Part shown: piece after piece, positions 51,891 through 64,000 of the stretch
Layout of the letters: the number at the start of each line of letters is the position of its first letter
Numbering within the stretch: position 1 is the first letter of the stretch
Assembly (NCBI RefSeq): GCF_001194135.2
Contig: NC_068997.1
Location: forward strand, 10,676,642-10,740,641
DNA from: Octopus bimaculoides
Lineage: Eukaryota
Direction of reading: 5' to 3'
DNA length: 64,000 nt
Program-made: the position numbers and the translations under genes
Notes under the pieces: generated by a model
What the model saw: only the letters and a program-made list of their open reading frames with translations
Told to the model about the DNA's origin: nothing
Databases searched by the model: none

Positions 51891-53189
51891 TAATATTAAT
51901 ATTAATAGCAACAGTATTAGTAATGCTGCTAGTAGTCTTAGCAATAAAAGTTGTATTAATTTTCTTTTTTTTTCTTTATCAACTTAATTTCCGCTGACAA
52001 AATCTCAGACCACTTCATTTCTCAATACCGGATATTACTTAAATGTATCGTAATTTGTCGTATACTCTTGATAGATTTGTCACTATCAATATTTATTTGG
52101 AGAATGATTCTTCAAATATACTTTTCTATTTTCTTTCATTCTGTAGGTTATACTTCAGACATATTTTATTATGTCTAGACAACGCTAGTCATGTTTTTCT
52201 ACCTCTGCTAAATCCCCAAATACTATTCTTATTTTCATAATATTCTATAGTGTTTATTTTATAATTTCATTACATGCGTCATGTTGCATAGTTTCTGTGC
52301 TTATGACAATTAGAATATATCTTCACATTGCAACATCAAAATTGGCCATTGTTTAGATAGGTGAAAATTTACGATTATTGAATATAAAACCGTTACGTAG
52401 CATAATTAAATTTCCAACACCAGGATTGTACCGTAAATTATTTCGTTAGGTTGGCTTTAAGTCGGAAATTTATCAGTGAGTATATAACACTCCTATCGTT
52501 GGGAAATTTATTAATGATAGATGTTTATTTTATTGTTGTTTAGCTACATATTAATCCACGTCAGGCAGACCATAAAATCAAAGACTTCATTATCTGATTA
52601 TCTGCTATGAACATAAGTTTATAGCTTATGTTTATAGCAATGTATGACGATATTATCCAATGTTTCCCTTCATTATTTAGTGCGATGTGTTGCATTAGAA
52701 TTTTAGGTGTTTTCCCTTGGTCTATCAACTACGTAGGACATCACTTGTTGTTTGCATATGATAGTAAAAGTCATACGAATTCGTCTCCATGAGAATCAAA
52801 TCGAGGACTCGCATGCTGGAGATCTTACCACTTGTCAAAATCGCTTCCCGAGTTTACCCGATTTGTTAATTTTAGACATGAAGATTAAATATAGAATGTT
52901 ATGTGATGAAAACTGAAAATAGTGTCTGATTATTGAAGTATTAAACCGGAAGAATGTTGGATGAGCAACATGAAGTTCGTATTTTAGAAATGAATCGATC
53001 ATATATAGAAAATAGCATTTGCTGCACAAAGTAGGTTTAATTCATATACATTAATTAATTTGATTTTAAAATTGTATATTGAAATTAGAGGAAATAGCAT
53101 GGCTAGCTTCAAAGAAGAGTCCGCCAAATGTCCGAATCCGCCCAATATCGTTGTGACATTCTTAGCTTTCCCATGGCGTCAAGCGATGA

Positions 53190-53254
53190 GACTGAACCTG
53201 GAACTATGTGGGTAGGAAGCAAGGTTTTTATCACAAAGCTACGCCTGATCCTAT
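53190..53254 (-). mobile_element. SINE family B head fragment
   Basis: GACTGAACCTGGAACTATGTGG..GGAAGCAAG...CCTAT is the reverse complement of the head at 33566-33635. Confidence 0.65.
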
Positions 53255-53591
53255 GTCAGCGTTTATTTTAAAAACTATAATGTCAGTAGTGGTAGCGTAG
53301 AATTTTCCAGTCATTTCGTTTTTAACTTCTTGCAGGATTTCGTACAATTTGGATCTTTCTAATTTAATATTTCGTACTGGTCTGCAAAGAAGAGGAAGAA
53401 GAGATGTACAGTTAGAGTAGATTTTAGTATAGTGGGGTATAACAATATCAAATTTATTTGTACAAAGGCCATTGTTGTAGATGTAGAAATAGGAAGCAGT
53501 ATATTTGTGAGCTGGAGGCTATTGCCTTTTCATCAGTTGCTACTTTTTGAGGCATATATATATACGCACATACCTACGTACGCACAAGCAT

Positions 53592-53670
53592 ACCTACCTA
53601 CCTACCTACCTACCTACCTACCTACCTACCTACCTATCTACCTACCTACCTACCTACCTACCTACCTACC
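53592..53670. repeat. (CTAC)n microsatellite; nearby (GA)n at ~53965-54019 and 56911-56996, (TA)n at ~55865-55937, (AAT)n at ~58295-58360
   Basis: Direct reading. Confidence 0.95.
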
Positions 53671-53964
53671 ATACACAAAGTATATTATATATATATATAT
53701 ATATNNNNNNNNNNNNNNNNNNNNNNNNNNNNNNNNNNNNNNNNNNNNNNNNNNNNNNNNNNNNNNNNNNNNNNNNNNNNNNNNNNNNNNNNNNNNNNNN
53801 NNNNNNNNNNNNNNNNNNNNNNNNNNNNNNNNNNNNNNNNNNNNNNNNNNNNNNNNNNNNNNNNNNNNNNNNNNNNNNNNNNNNNNNNNNNNNNNNNNNN
53901 NNNNNNNNNNNNNNNNNNNNNNNNNNNNNNNNNNNNNNNNNNNNNNNNNNNNNNNNNNNNNNNN

Positions 53965-54021
<57 letters not shown>

Positions 54022-54510
54022 GGCAAGGAGAGCGATTCAGAACAAAATGAGCCATGGAGTGAATGATTGTGCATCCATAGTAAATTACTATAAACGTGAT
54101 AGATTAGAAATCAAATTATTTGTGACAGATCCGGAGGGAAAATGTGTTGTGAAATCTTAATTATATTATTAATTAGATTGAATGAGATTGATCGAGTATA
54201 TATTTCTCTTAACGGAAAAAGCGGCCCAGAAGATAATGTAGAGTTGAATGTATACGGTTTCCTCATTTAGTTAATAAATTATATTCACCATAAATTGAAA
54301 GCGTACACCATCTTAAAAATAGAGAAAAACATGTTAAACATATAGAATGTTGTAGCACAGTTTACATGAAACAATGCAAAACAGCGTATTAGTTTTATTA
54401 TGAAAAATTTTACATTTTAGTGATACGTTGTGTGAGCAACATATATCACACAAGGTTGGTAATTTAAGTGAGTGCTAAGAAGTCTAACATGACATTATTT
54501 GTCTGTCATG

Positions 54511-54542
<32 letters not shown>

Positions 54543-55105
54543 TGTATGTCTCTTTAATATTTAATCATTTAAATACTTCCTCTAAAGATATAAAACTCCA
54601 TCTTTGGAATATAGATCACGAAAAAATAATTAAGGATTCACAAAATATCTTTCAACTCCAAGCTAAAGCAATAGATCGTGATTTTTATGCTAGCACTATG
54701 TTTGTGCTTCTCCTTCTGTCTTTGTTTGTTTGTTTCTTTCTTTCTTTCTTCCATATATATCTGTGTGTATCTACATGTACATGTGTGTGAGAGTGTTGTG
54801 TTCTTATGTGTGCACGTATATGCATGTGTATGCATGTGGATCCACACAAGACCACATAATACATAGACTGAAAAATATTGTATGCTAGCCCACAAATCCA
54901 TGAATATACACACAAAATACACACGAACTAAAACCATAAAATTACAAAAACTGAAAACTTTTGGCAACACTTTTTATCACTTCTTATTTTGAACTTGACA
55001 AAGAGAGACGTACTGTTGAAATATCGTTCAACTCATAAAATATCTTACAATCGAATTGCGCTCTTCGTCTTGAATATTATTATTATTATTGTTGTTGTTG
55101 TTGTT

Positions 55106-55426
55106 GAGTGAGAGAGCAGAGCATGCCATCAAAGTGACACTGGGGTAAAATATACGAAGCCCATTATACCCATCATGACTACCCTTATGATAAGGGTACA
55201 CTAGGCACATGCATCACAACCATGTGTGCGCGACATGGTGATCTCATATCAAGATAAACAGCGCATGACCTTGCAGTTGGGGTCCCAGTTAGAATTTTCT
55301 TCAAGTCGAGTAGCCTATTCCACTCAAAAGGTCCCTGAATAAGGTTTGCTTAAGGATGTTGAACAAAACAGCCATGTTTCCAAAGGTGAATTATTCAAAT
55401 CTCAAAAAATTCCTCTCAACACATGG

Positions 55427-55430
<4 letters not shown>
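55106..55430. mobile_element. Repeat D copy, truncated by (TA)n
   Basis: High similarity to the reverse complement of ~25650-25957; preceded by (TAT)n(TGT)n. Confidence 0.85.
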
Positions 55431-55465
<35 letters not shown>

Positions 55466-55861
55466 TGTGTGTGTGTCTATATATAATCAATAGTATAAGT
55501 CTGTATATAGATGTGCGTGTGAGTAAGTATACGTGTCCATATCTGTGGTTTATCTTCGGGTGTATATATGTGTATGCATAGATACACATCTGTGTGCGTA
55601 CAGAATCACTTGCTGTTATCAAGAAACTCTAACGTTTGTTTTAATGAATATTCATGCTTTTGTCTTTTATATCCACGTGTATCTATCCATCTGTGTGTAA
55701 CATTATGACTATGCATAGGTACATTTAAATGCCTTGTGCGCACGTACACACACTCACACACATACACATATATATATATATGCATTCATGTGTATGCATA
55801 TAAATATATGTGAGTTTAATATGTATGTATACATATATATTTGTACATAAGTAAATATACA

Positions 55862-55937
<76 letters not shown>

Positions 55938-55941
<4 letters not shown>

Positions 55942-56312
55942 GAGAATGGAGCAACAAATACGAGAAGAGGCAGTTTTGTTGGGCTAGTTAGCCGTTGTTT
56001 TATTGTGTGGAGGTTGAGGTTATGTAGTGAGTCATTGTGAATGTTATGTAATAGTCATTTACGTACGTTTCAATCTAGCCAATGGTTTGGCAGATCTCAT
56101 CAGAATGTTGAGGAGTATGTTGAGAGTTCGTGGTGCGAGGGATGTAGGAGAAGTGAATGGTGGGTATATTAATGTATATGGTGGTGTAATAATAGCGATA
56201 GCTAAAGAAAGCCTTACGTTTTAGTTGAAGTTGTGTTGGTCTTCCTGTAAGGGGATGTAGGATGTAGGATGTAGAACTGCTTCTTCTCGTATTTGTTACT
56301 CCATTCTCCACA
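55938..56312. mobile_element. 375-bp MITE-like element with 38-bp TIRs and TGT...ACA termini
   Basis: 55938-55975 vs reverse complement of 56275-56312: 36/38 identical; flanks (TA)n on the left and TAAA on the right. Confidence 0.8.
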
Positions 56313-56910
56313 TAAATAATTATAAACTACGGTTTAAGCAATAAATTACCTGCCTCTGGATGCCCTCTACCTAAGACGGTACCCGTACAGGTGATCCCCA
56401 GGAGTGCCTCCGGATTTAAACATCCTCTGGTTGCTTGGATGTATATATATATAGGTAAATGATAAGGCTGCCTCAANNNNNNNNNNNNNNNNNNNNNNNN
56501 NNNNNNNNNNNNNNNNNNNNNNNNNNNNNNNNNNNNNNNNNNNNNNNNNNNNNNNNNNNNNNNNNNNNNNNNNNNNNNNNNNNNNNNNNNNNNNNNNNNN
56601 NNNNNNNNNNNNNNNNNNNNNNNNNNNNNNNNNNNNNNNNNNNNNNNNNNNNNNNNNNNNNNNNNNNNNNNNNNNNNNNNNNNNNNNNNNNNNNNNNNNN
56701 NNNNNNNNNNNNNNNNNNNNNNNNNNNNNNNNNNNNNNNNNNNNNNNNNNNNNNNNNNNNNNNNNNNNNNNNNNNNNNNNNNNNNNNNNNNNNNNNNNNN
56801 NNNNNNNNNNNNNNNNNNNNNNNNNNNNNNNNNNNNNNNNNNNNNNNNNNNNNNNNNNNNNNNNNNNNNNNNNNNNNNNNNNNNNNNNNNNNNNNNNNNN
56901 NNNNNNNNNN

Positions 56911-56995
<85 letters not shown>

Positions 56996-57510
56996 AGTAG
57001 TGTTTTACGCCATCTAAACGAAGGTGTTTCCTACGAACCGACTATACTGATATTTCAACTCCAGGAGGACGCCTCATTAACCTGGTTATTCAGTGCACTA
57101 TGCGCCCGATGTATATTCCAAGCGGGGAGTGAACTCCCTATTACTTTACCCCGCGGTCACCAGACCGTACGGTTTCAATCTCGTTATGGTCAACCTCGGT
57201 GATGAATACTTGTCCCCTACACATAGCAGTAGCTCACTCCCGCTGGCAATATATAAATATATATGTCAAGGACAGCTACTGATCTTGCAACTAGCAAACT
57301 GGCTACTAAAGAAAATCAATAAAAGACATGAAAGTAGTATTTATACTGAGATGTCTAACTCCACCTAAACACTGGTATTCCCCAGGAAATGAAGATACTG
57401 CTATTTTGAGCAAGGAGGACGCCTCCTCTAGCTGATTATTGACTGCACTCTGCATTCGATATGTATTGGAGTTATAAATACTTATCAGTACAAATACTGC
57501 TTTCATTTCT

Positions 57511-57542
<32 letters not shown>

Positions 57543-58306
57543 TANNNNNNNNNNNNNNNNNNNNNNNNNNNNNNNNNNNNNNNNNNNNNNNNNNNNNNNN
57601 NNNNNNNNNNNNNNNNNNNNNNNNNNNNNNNNNNNNNNNNNNNNNNNNNNNNNNNNNNNNNNNNNNNNNNNNNNNNNNNNNNNNNNNNNNNNNNNNNNNN
57701 NNNNNNNNNNNNNNNNNNNNNNNNNNNNNNNNNNNNNNNNNNNNNNNNNNNNNNNNNNNNNNNNNNNNNNNNNNNNNNNNNNNNNNNNNNNNNNNNNNNN
57801 NNNNNNNNNNNNNNNNNNNNNNNNNNNNNNNNNNNNNNNNNNNNNNNNNNNNNNNNNNNNNNNNNNNNNNNNNNNNNNNNNNNNNNNNNNNNNNNNNNNN
57901 NNNNNNNNNNNNNNNNNNNNNNNNNNNNNNNNNNNNNNNNNNNNNNNNNNNNNNNNNNNNNNNNNNNNNNNNNNNNNNNNNNNNNNNNNNNNNNNNNNNN
58001 NNNNNNNNNNNNNNNNNNNNNNNNNNNNNNNNNNNNNNNNNNNNNNNNNNNNNNNNNNNNNNNNNNNNNNNNNNNNNNNNNNNNNNNNNNNNNNNNNNNN
58101 NNNNNNNNNNNNNNNNNNNNNNNNNNNNNNNNNNNNNNNNNNNNNNNNNNNNNNNNNNNNNNNNNNNNNNNNNNNNNNNNNNNNNNNNNNNNNNNNNNNN
58201 NNNNNNNNNNNNNNNNNNNNNNNNNNNNNNNNNNNNNNNNNNNNNNNCTCGAGGGCCTGAAGGCTCAAAACTTTTCATACAGCCCTCGTAGAAATATAAT
58301 AATAAC

Positions 58307-58362
<56 letters not shown>

Positions 58363-58918
58363 GATGAGTATCATAATCAATAAAGGAAGGTAATTTATAA
58401 AAAAGGATAATAGAAGTAAAGCAAGAGTAATGCAAACGTCAATGCTATTGCAAAAAAAAGAGAAAAAAAGAAAAACAACAACAAAAAAAACAAAAACAAA
58501 GCAAAGGAAAACTCCAATCAAATTCGAATTCATTTGCATTGGCCGCAATACACACAATGAGGAAATAATATAGTGAAATATTTCAGTATTCTCTTATAAC
58601 CATTGAAAGTAAAGTTTAAGAAGGAAACGAAAACATTAATAACTTAAGACGAAAGAAATTCATTGAGGTTTTCAATGAAACAGAGAAGTAATATCGTCAA
58701 CATGTGAATTGTTCTGGTCTAGCTTATTGGACCCTAAAGGTTAATAATATTACCGTGAAGACAGTATTACAAACGTAAAGAGTCACTGAGCCAGAAAATC
58801 GAAAGCGATGTATGAGTGTATGATATTAGTTTTCCAATCTTCTCAAAATGATGTATTAAATCGATAGATCTGCACACATGTTTGTGTGTATGTGCGTTTG
58901 TGTAAATGTAGTAGACAC

Positions 58919-58972
<54 letters not shown>

Positions 58973-61900
58973 NNNNNNNNNNNNNNNNNNNNNNNNNNNN
59001 NNNNNNNNNNNNNNNNNNNNNNNNNNNNNNNNNNNNNNNNNNNNNNNNNNNNNNNNNNNNNNNNNNNNNNNNNNNNNNNTATATAGCCACAAGTACTCAC
59101 ATATATGTTTCCCCATGTCATCACACTGATTCATTGCTATTACGAGTGCTCCCCTCTCGATTAATATCTGCTGTTTATCACAATATTGGTAAATGTATCA
59201 TCTTTGTATCATATTCATCTTTTATTGTTCAATGTTTTCTATTTGTTATGCAATTATATAGTATCTATCTAAGAAAACTTTCAACATCAGAGTGAACCGA
59301 TATCAGTATTATTGAACTGACGTCATATCCAGAGCAACATAATCTTCAAAATGACTATAGCAAAATGTGTAATGAATCAGAAAGCAACCTAGATTCCTCA
59401 AAGCATTAAAGATTTATTGCCCAAATACTATAAAGCTATGTCCGAATTTGTCGATGTACTTGACAAAATAAACCGAACGCTTTTCTAGTTGCCTGCTTGT
59501 ATTTAATTTATCCCTGTGTCCATAAGAAATACTTACTCAAAACAAATACCGCAGTGTATGGTGTTTTCATAGTGCGCCTGTGAAGCTAGAAGTAAAAACT
59601 GATGAATTTTAAATTAAATTAAATTTAAATGTGCATAATTTATGATACTAAGATTGAATTTTCATACAAGCCTGAAGCAACGTCGGGAAAACTTCTCAAA
59701 TGTATCCATCCTTTGTATTATGATAGAAAAGCGAAAAATTGTCGGCGTTTTCGGATTATTATTCAACGCAAGATTTATGTGAAATCGTAGTTGTTCGATT
59801 TGATAGGGTATCGAACAACCAATCGCAGTTTATAACTTATTCGTGACATTGAAAGGAAGTCAGCATCCAAAAACTGAGTCTACGCCTACTGGCAGGTAGA
59901 ATTGTCTGTTACTAGTTGTTGAATACAAAATTTGATTGGTTAGTGAATGTTTTGTTGGACTGGAATACTGAATCCAAGACCTTTCCATGTCTGGAGAAGA
60001 ACGTGGAACGTTAAAAATGATACAGATGTATTTGTTTCTTTAATCAATTTACAAATATCGTGTTTTCCTTAGCACACCAACAATCCAATATGTTTAAGGT
60101 GACCTGGTACAAATCATTAATTTTCTTGTTGGTTGTCCGATATTCTGTTATGAGTGAGAACTATTAACAACAAATATTTACACTATGGCATATCGCTTCC
60201 CGCCGCTAAAATCGTTTTACACATTGCTATTATGTAAGAAATCAAAATCGGAACGTAATCTCAATTGATGGTTTCATTCGTCCACGAACATTGCGATGTA
60301 ATATGATGATACTGTTTCGCTTATATTGTGTAACAGTGTCTGCTTCAGGTTACATGAGAGGAAATTCAAATAAAAAAACTTTAGGAATGATAGCATCATA
60401 CGAAGTAGATTTCTATTATTTCATTTACTTTATGCAATAAGCCAATAGGAAGCACTGTTGGTCTGCGTGTCAATGCAGTACGCGAACGAAAATTCGTTTG
60501 GTTGTTGTTAATTCCTGTGCGGAAAGGGAAGTGTGGTCAGTCCATGTTAATGTGTTAATGTCCAGTTTAGTTTACTTACAGCTATTCAATTTATAAGAAT
60601 AGACGTTATGTTAGGTAATGTGAAATAGAGAAAAGAAGAAAATAAAGTATTGCCAAATGGCTTTATTATTACTGAATGAGTCAGAGAGAGAGAGAGAGAG
60701 ATTGAAAGATATAAAAACATACAAAGCGAGAGTACGGTTAGCTGCTAGAATTAATGGAATATCTGTTGCTATATATGTTTGTGAGAAGTTGGCAGTAAAA
60801 CGGGTAACAACCTGTATGTTTCGTATTGCCATCCAACGAGTGTATTTTCTGTTTTAATGGCTTAGTTAAAGAAGAAAAAATAGTGACCTGAAACCAGTTC
60901 AAGTTCTGTGAGGCTTTTAAGAATAAAGGGATAACTTATCTTAAGAACGTTGACCGGACCAGATAACTGAGTTAAATTACACCGCGCAAAATGACATACA
61001 CCGAAGAATCAGAATAATTCATCCTTTTCTAACAGGTCTCTTGACAGTTTTCATCTACTAAATTTTGATCACAAGGTTTAGTAGACTAATTCTACGGTTA
61101 ACACAACTGCCCAACACGTGCGACACAGGTAGAGCGAATCCTAAAACACATTACTAGGAACAGAACTTCTTAGCCTCAGTCCTAGAGTCCATAGCATAAG
61201 CACTAGGTAATTCACTGGATTCCATTCATTCCAATTTACTCTTGGCATCTAGGAATATATCAATCACGTTTACAAATAGATGAATTTGAATTGCTATTGT
61301 TGAAAATTTACTTCAGTTGTTCATAATTCTATGAAAGTCCTAATATTATTCTATTCCATTATGTGACATTTCGTGTAGCATGGTATGAAACCAAGGACTG
61401 TATTGAACTAAGCATCGAAGTTCTAATTCAGAATGACAAAAAACTAATGAGATGGTTTAAATTTAATGATACCAAGCTACATGGATATAAATTCGTTAGA
61501 AGCTTCTCAAAAGTTTTACTTCTCGAAACTTGTAATATACACAAGACAATCTGTTCCCAGTCGAAATTAAGAAAATTTCGTATCCAATCAGCTGTAAGTT
61601 TAATATTCCTATTGCACTCGACTCCACAATCGTAATTATACGCAAGGTTTTCCTTATAAAATCATTAACGAAAGCAATGAAGAGGTATGCTCTTGTGTGA
61701 TTTACATGATAACTATATGAAGAAATGAGTTCCTATAAATAGGTGACGCGAAAAATGTACGCGGATTTCAATGACTGATAGTGACAAATAGGAAACAATT
61801 TAGTAATTAGAGTTGTTTAATGAACGATCAAAGCAGTACTTGAATGGGAAATTGATAGTATTTGACAGAATGATTACTGAGTTTGGAAGATTAGAGTTAA

Positions 61901-62683
61901 GGTCGCGGGGAGTTGAATGTGTGGTCTAAATTTCTCAAACTACATTTTACCATTTCCAGCAACGTCAAGTTCACTGGACAAGATAATTTGTCTATGTAAT
62001 TACTCGAATTGCACTTTAACAACAGTCATAATTTATGTGCATGTTTGATGCTTTTGAGAAGAAAATGAATGTCACAAAATTCCCTGAAAGCTAATATTCT
62101 AAACTATAAAACAAAATCAAAGAAAAATTTGGGCAGTTTGACTTGGTAAAATGAGTCCATAGAAAGTTTGTAGAAAAGGTGAGCTGATTTGAGAAAAGGA
62201 GTGAAAAATAAAACGCTTCGGTATCTTGTCCGTCTTCAGAGAAAGGGTTGAAAGAGAAAGAGGTTCGAAAAAAGAAAAAAACATGGCTGAGGAGGCGAGC
62301 GAGAACAAGGAAGTGACTATATAAAAGTGAAACAAGTCTTATTGCTTTGGTGGCAAAATTGATCACGTATTCATTTAGGCGTGGAATATTTTAAACTAAC
62401 ATAATTTATTATAGCTATTTTATTAAAGAATATGGTCTCCAAATATTTTTATGAATTATTCAGAATGTGCAAAAATGAGAAAAAGTCGATTTGAAAATAA
62501 TTTGATTCTTTTTATATTAATTTGTTAATATTGAAAAACGATCAGGGTCAGAGGCTTTCGAAGACGCGTATAAAATTGTTATTTTAATTTGTGGTTACAT
62601 TTGCGTCTTTAACAGACTGAAGAACATAGTTTTAAATTTTTAAAAAAGAAATGTTGCTTACATATTGAAATTTTCTACTATAT

Positions 62684-62885
62684 GTACCAAGTCTAAAGGT
62701 TGTTGGGTGGGAGCCAGTCGATTACAATGACCCCAGATATCAACGGACACATATTTTATCGAGGTCGAAAGAATGAAAAGCAAAGTCAACATGGGCGGAA
62801 TTTGAACTCAAAACATAAAAGCCGAACGAAATAACCGACAAATGTTTGTCCGATGCGCTAACAATTCTTAGAATTCGCCGCTTTA
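62684..62885 (-). mobile_element. SINE family A, near full-length diverged copy
   Basis: AGCCAGTCGATTACAATGACCCCAG...GAATGAAAAGCAAAGTCAAC...GCGGAATTTGAACTC...TCGCCGCTTTA. Confidence 0.8.
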
Positions 62886-64000
62886 AATTTAATCAATATA
62901 ATACATTTCAAATGTAAATGGAATGTATCTATATAAAAATATAAAAAGAAATGCAGCTTCTACGGGTCCCTTAACATAATAGTATTCTTGATAAAAATAT
63001 AAATAAAAATGTTTTTACTTCAAAAAGGAAAGAAAAATCTCTGTTTGGAATGCACCGAAATTTTCGGCACTTATTCTTTAAAGTGATGATGATATAAGAA
63101 ATAAAAGTGTGATATCGAGGAGTTGTGTCAGAGACGGCAAGAATCCAGTGAGCAATGATGTGAGTCGTGGAGTGGTTGTCCGATGTGGGAGGGTGTAAAG
63201 TATAAGGGGGACAGTGGTCACAGCCTGTAACAAGATCTATGTAAGTTGAAATGACAAGGAGGTAGTGAGGTCCAGGTCAGGGAAGATACGGATACAAGAG
63301 CAAGGACCTAGAAGGACATAGACCAAGGACGCAATGGACAAAGAACACATATTTTCAATAATGAAGTTGCACAAAGATTGTGGGAAAAAGGAATAGGGAA
63401 ATGAAAAGTGTTTGTAGTCATTTGAAATATCTACAATGTGGTCATAACTCAATGAGATTCTTGCATATGTAAAATGTTGGAATAATAAAATCAAAAATAT
63501 CTATAGAAGTAAAGAAAAAATGTCAGGTAGGATTTGATGCGAGTTGAAAAGAAAGAAGAGGACTGAGATAACGGTTTGTAATTTAGTCAAAAGGTGTATT
63601 ATTTTGGGAAGTAGAGGGTTAGTTGCTACTATTGACGCCATTATGTGATCAGTAATTATTTTATGTATCCAGGAATGACATGACAGAAGGCAAAGTTGAT
63701 CCGGGAGGCATTTAAGCTGGAAATGTAATAAAACAGTTATTTTCCCGAAACGCCTAGGATGGAGCCAATGCGGAACGTTCGGGAGTTGAAATAATATAGA
63801 CAAGACAGACAACACACAACTAACAACAAGCATTGCACGTTTGACACTTATGGTTATGAACAATTGTATGCACAATAATTTTACATAACTCGTACGACAA
63901 AACAAAACGTGTTTTGTTACATAAACGAAGAGTTTATAAAAACACGATGCAAACGGGAACAGTTTTTAGGCTGAAAAAAGAATAAAAGTGCAATGCAGGT

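Noticed and set aside
62283-62324. ATG in good context encoding MAEEASENKEVTI*
   Set aside because: Only 13 codons, a weak donor (GTGACT) and no supporting downstream exon.
63130-63660. Possible I-clade LINE RNase H/zinc-knuckle relic on the minus strand (NPLLPKIIHLLTKL...FNSH)
   Set aside because: Catalytic residues are not recognisable; similarity is suggestive only.

Overview
AT-rich, microsatellite-dense eukaryotic DNA with ten N-gaps, most of them bordered by simple repeats. The repeat families and (AAT)n/(CA)n/(TA)n density suggest an octopus genome (inference from recalled repeat sequences, not a search). I found no intact host gene or convincing host exon; the long ORFs in the track are microsatellite or N artefacts or transposon relics. 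Hand translation across frameshifts reveals a layered TE graveyard that the ORF track mostly misses: an RTE LINE (~1.7-3.75 kb), a DD37D/maT transposon (~4.4-5.6 kb), a Penelope-like element (PLE; 13.4-14.35 kb), five R4/Dong-like RLE-LINE fragments, a Helitron helicase (32.6-33.5 kb), a mariner with degenerate TIRs (40.6-41.8 kb), two Tx1-like RT fragments (48.8-50.1 kb), many tRNA-derived SINE copies (families here called A, B, C and one further head), a ~520-bp non-coding repeat (D) and several inverted-repeat/MITE-like elements. The most interesting signal is RNA structure. The PLE 3' end carries a minimal type I hammerhead ribozyme with an intact core (13437-13482, minus strand), preceded by a tRNA-like A-box segment and an (AAT)n spacer. 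A second short repeat (two copies, 7022-7057 and 8981-9017) has the same hammerhead architecture but a non-canonical core, with U at position 6 in both copies. All alignments were done by eye and boundaries of degraded elements are approximate.
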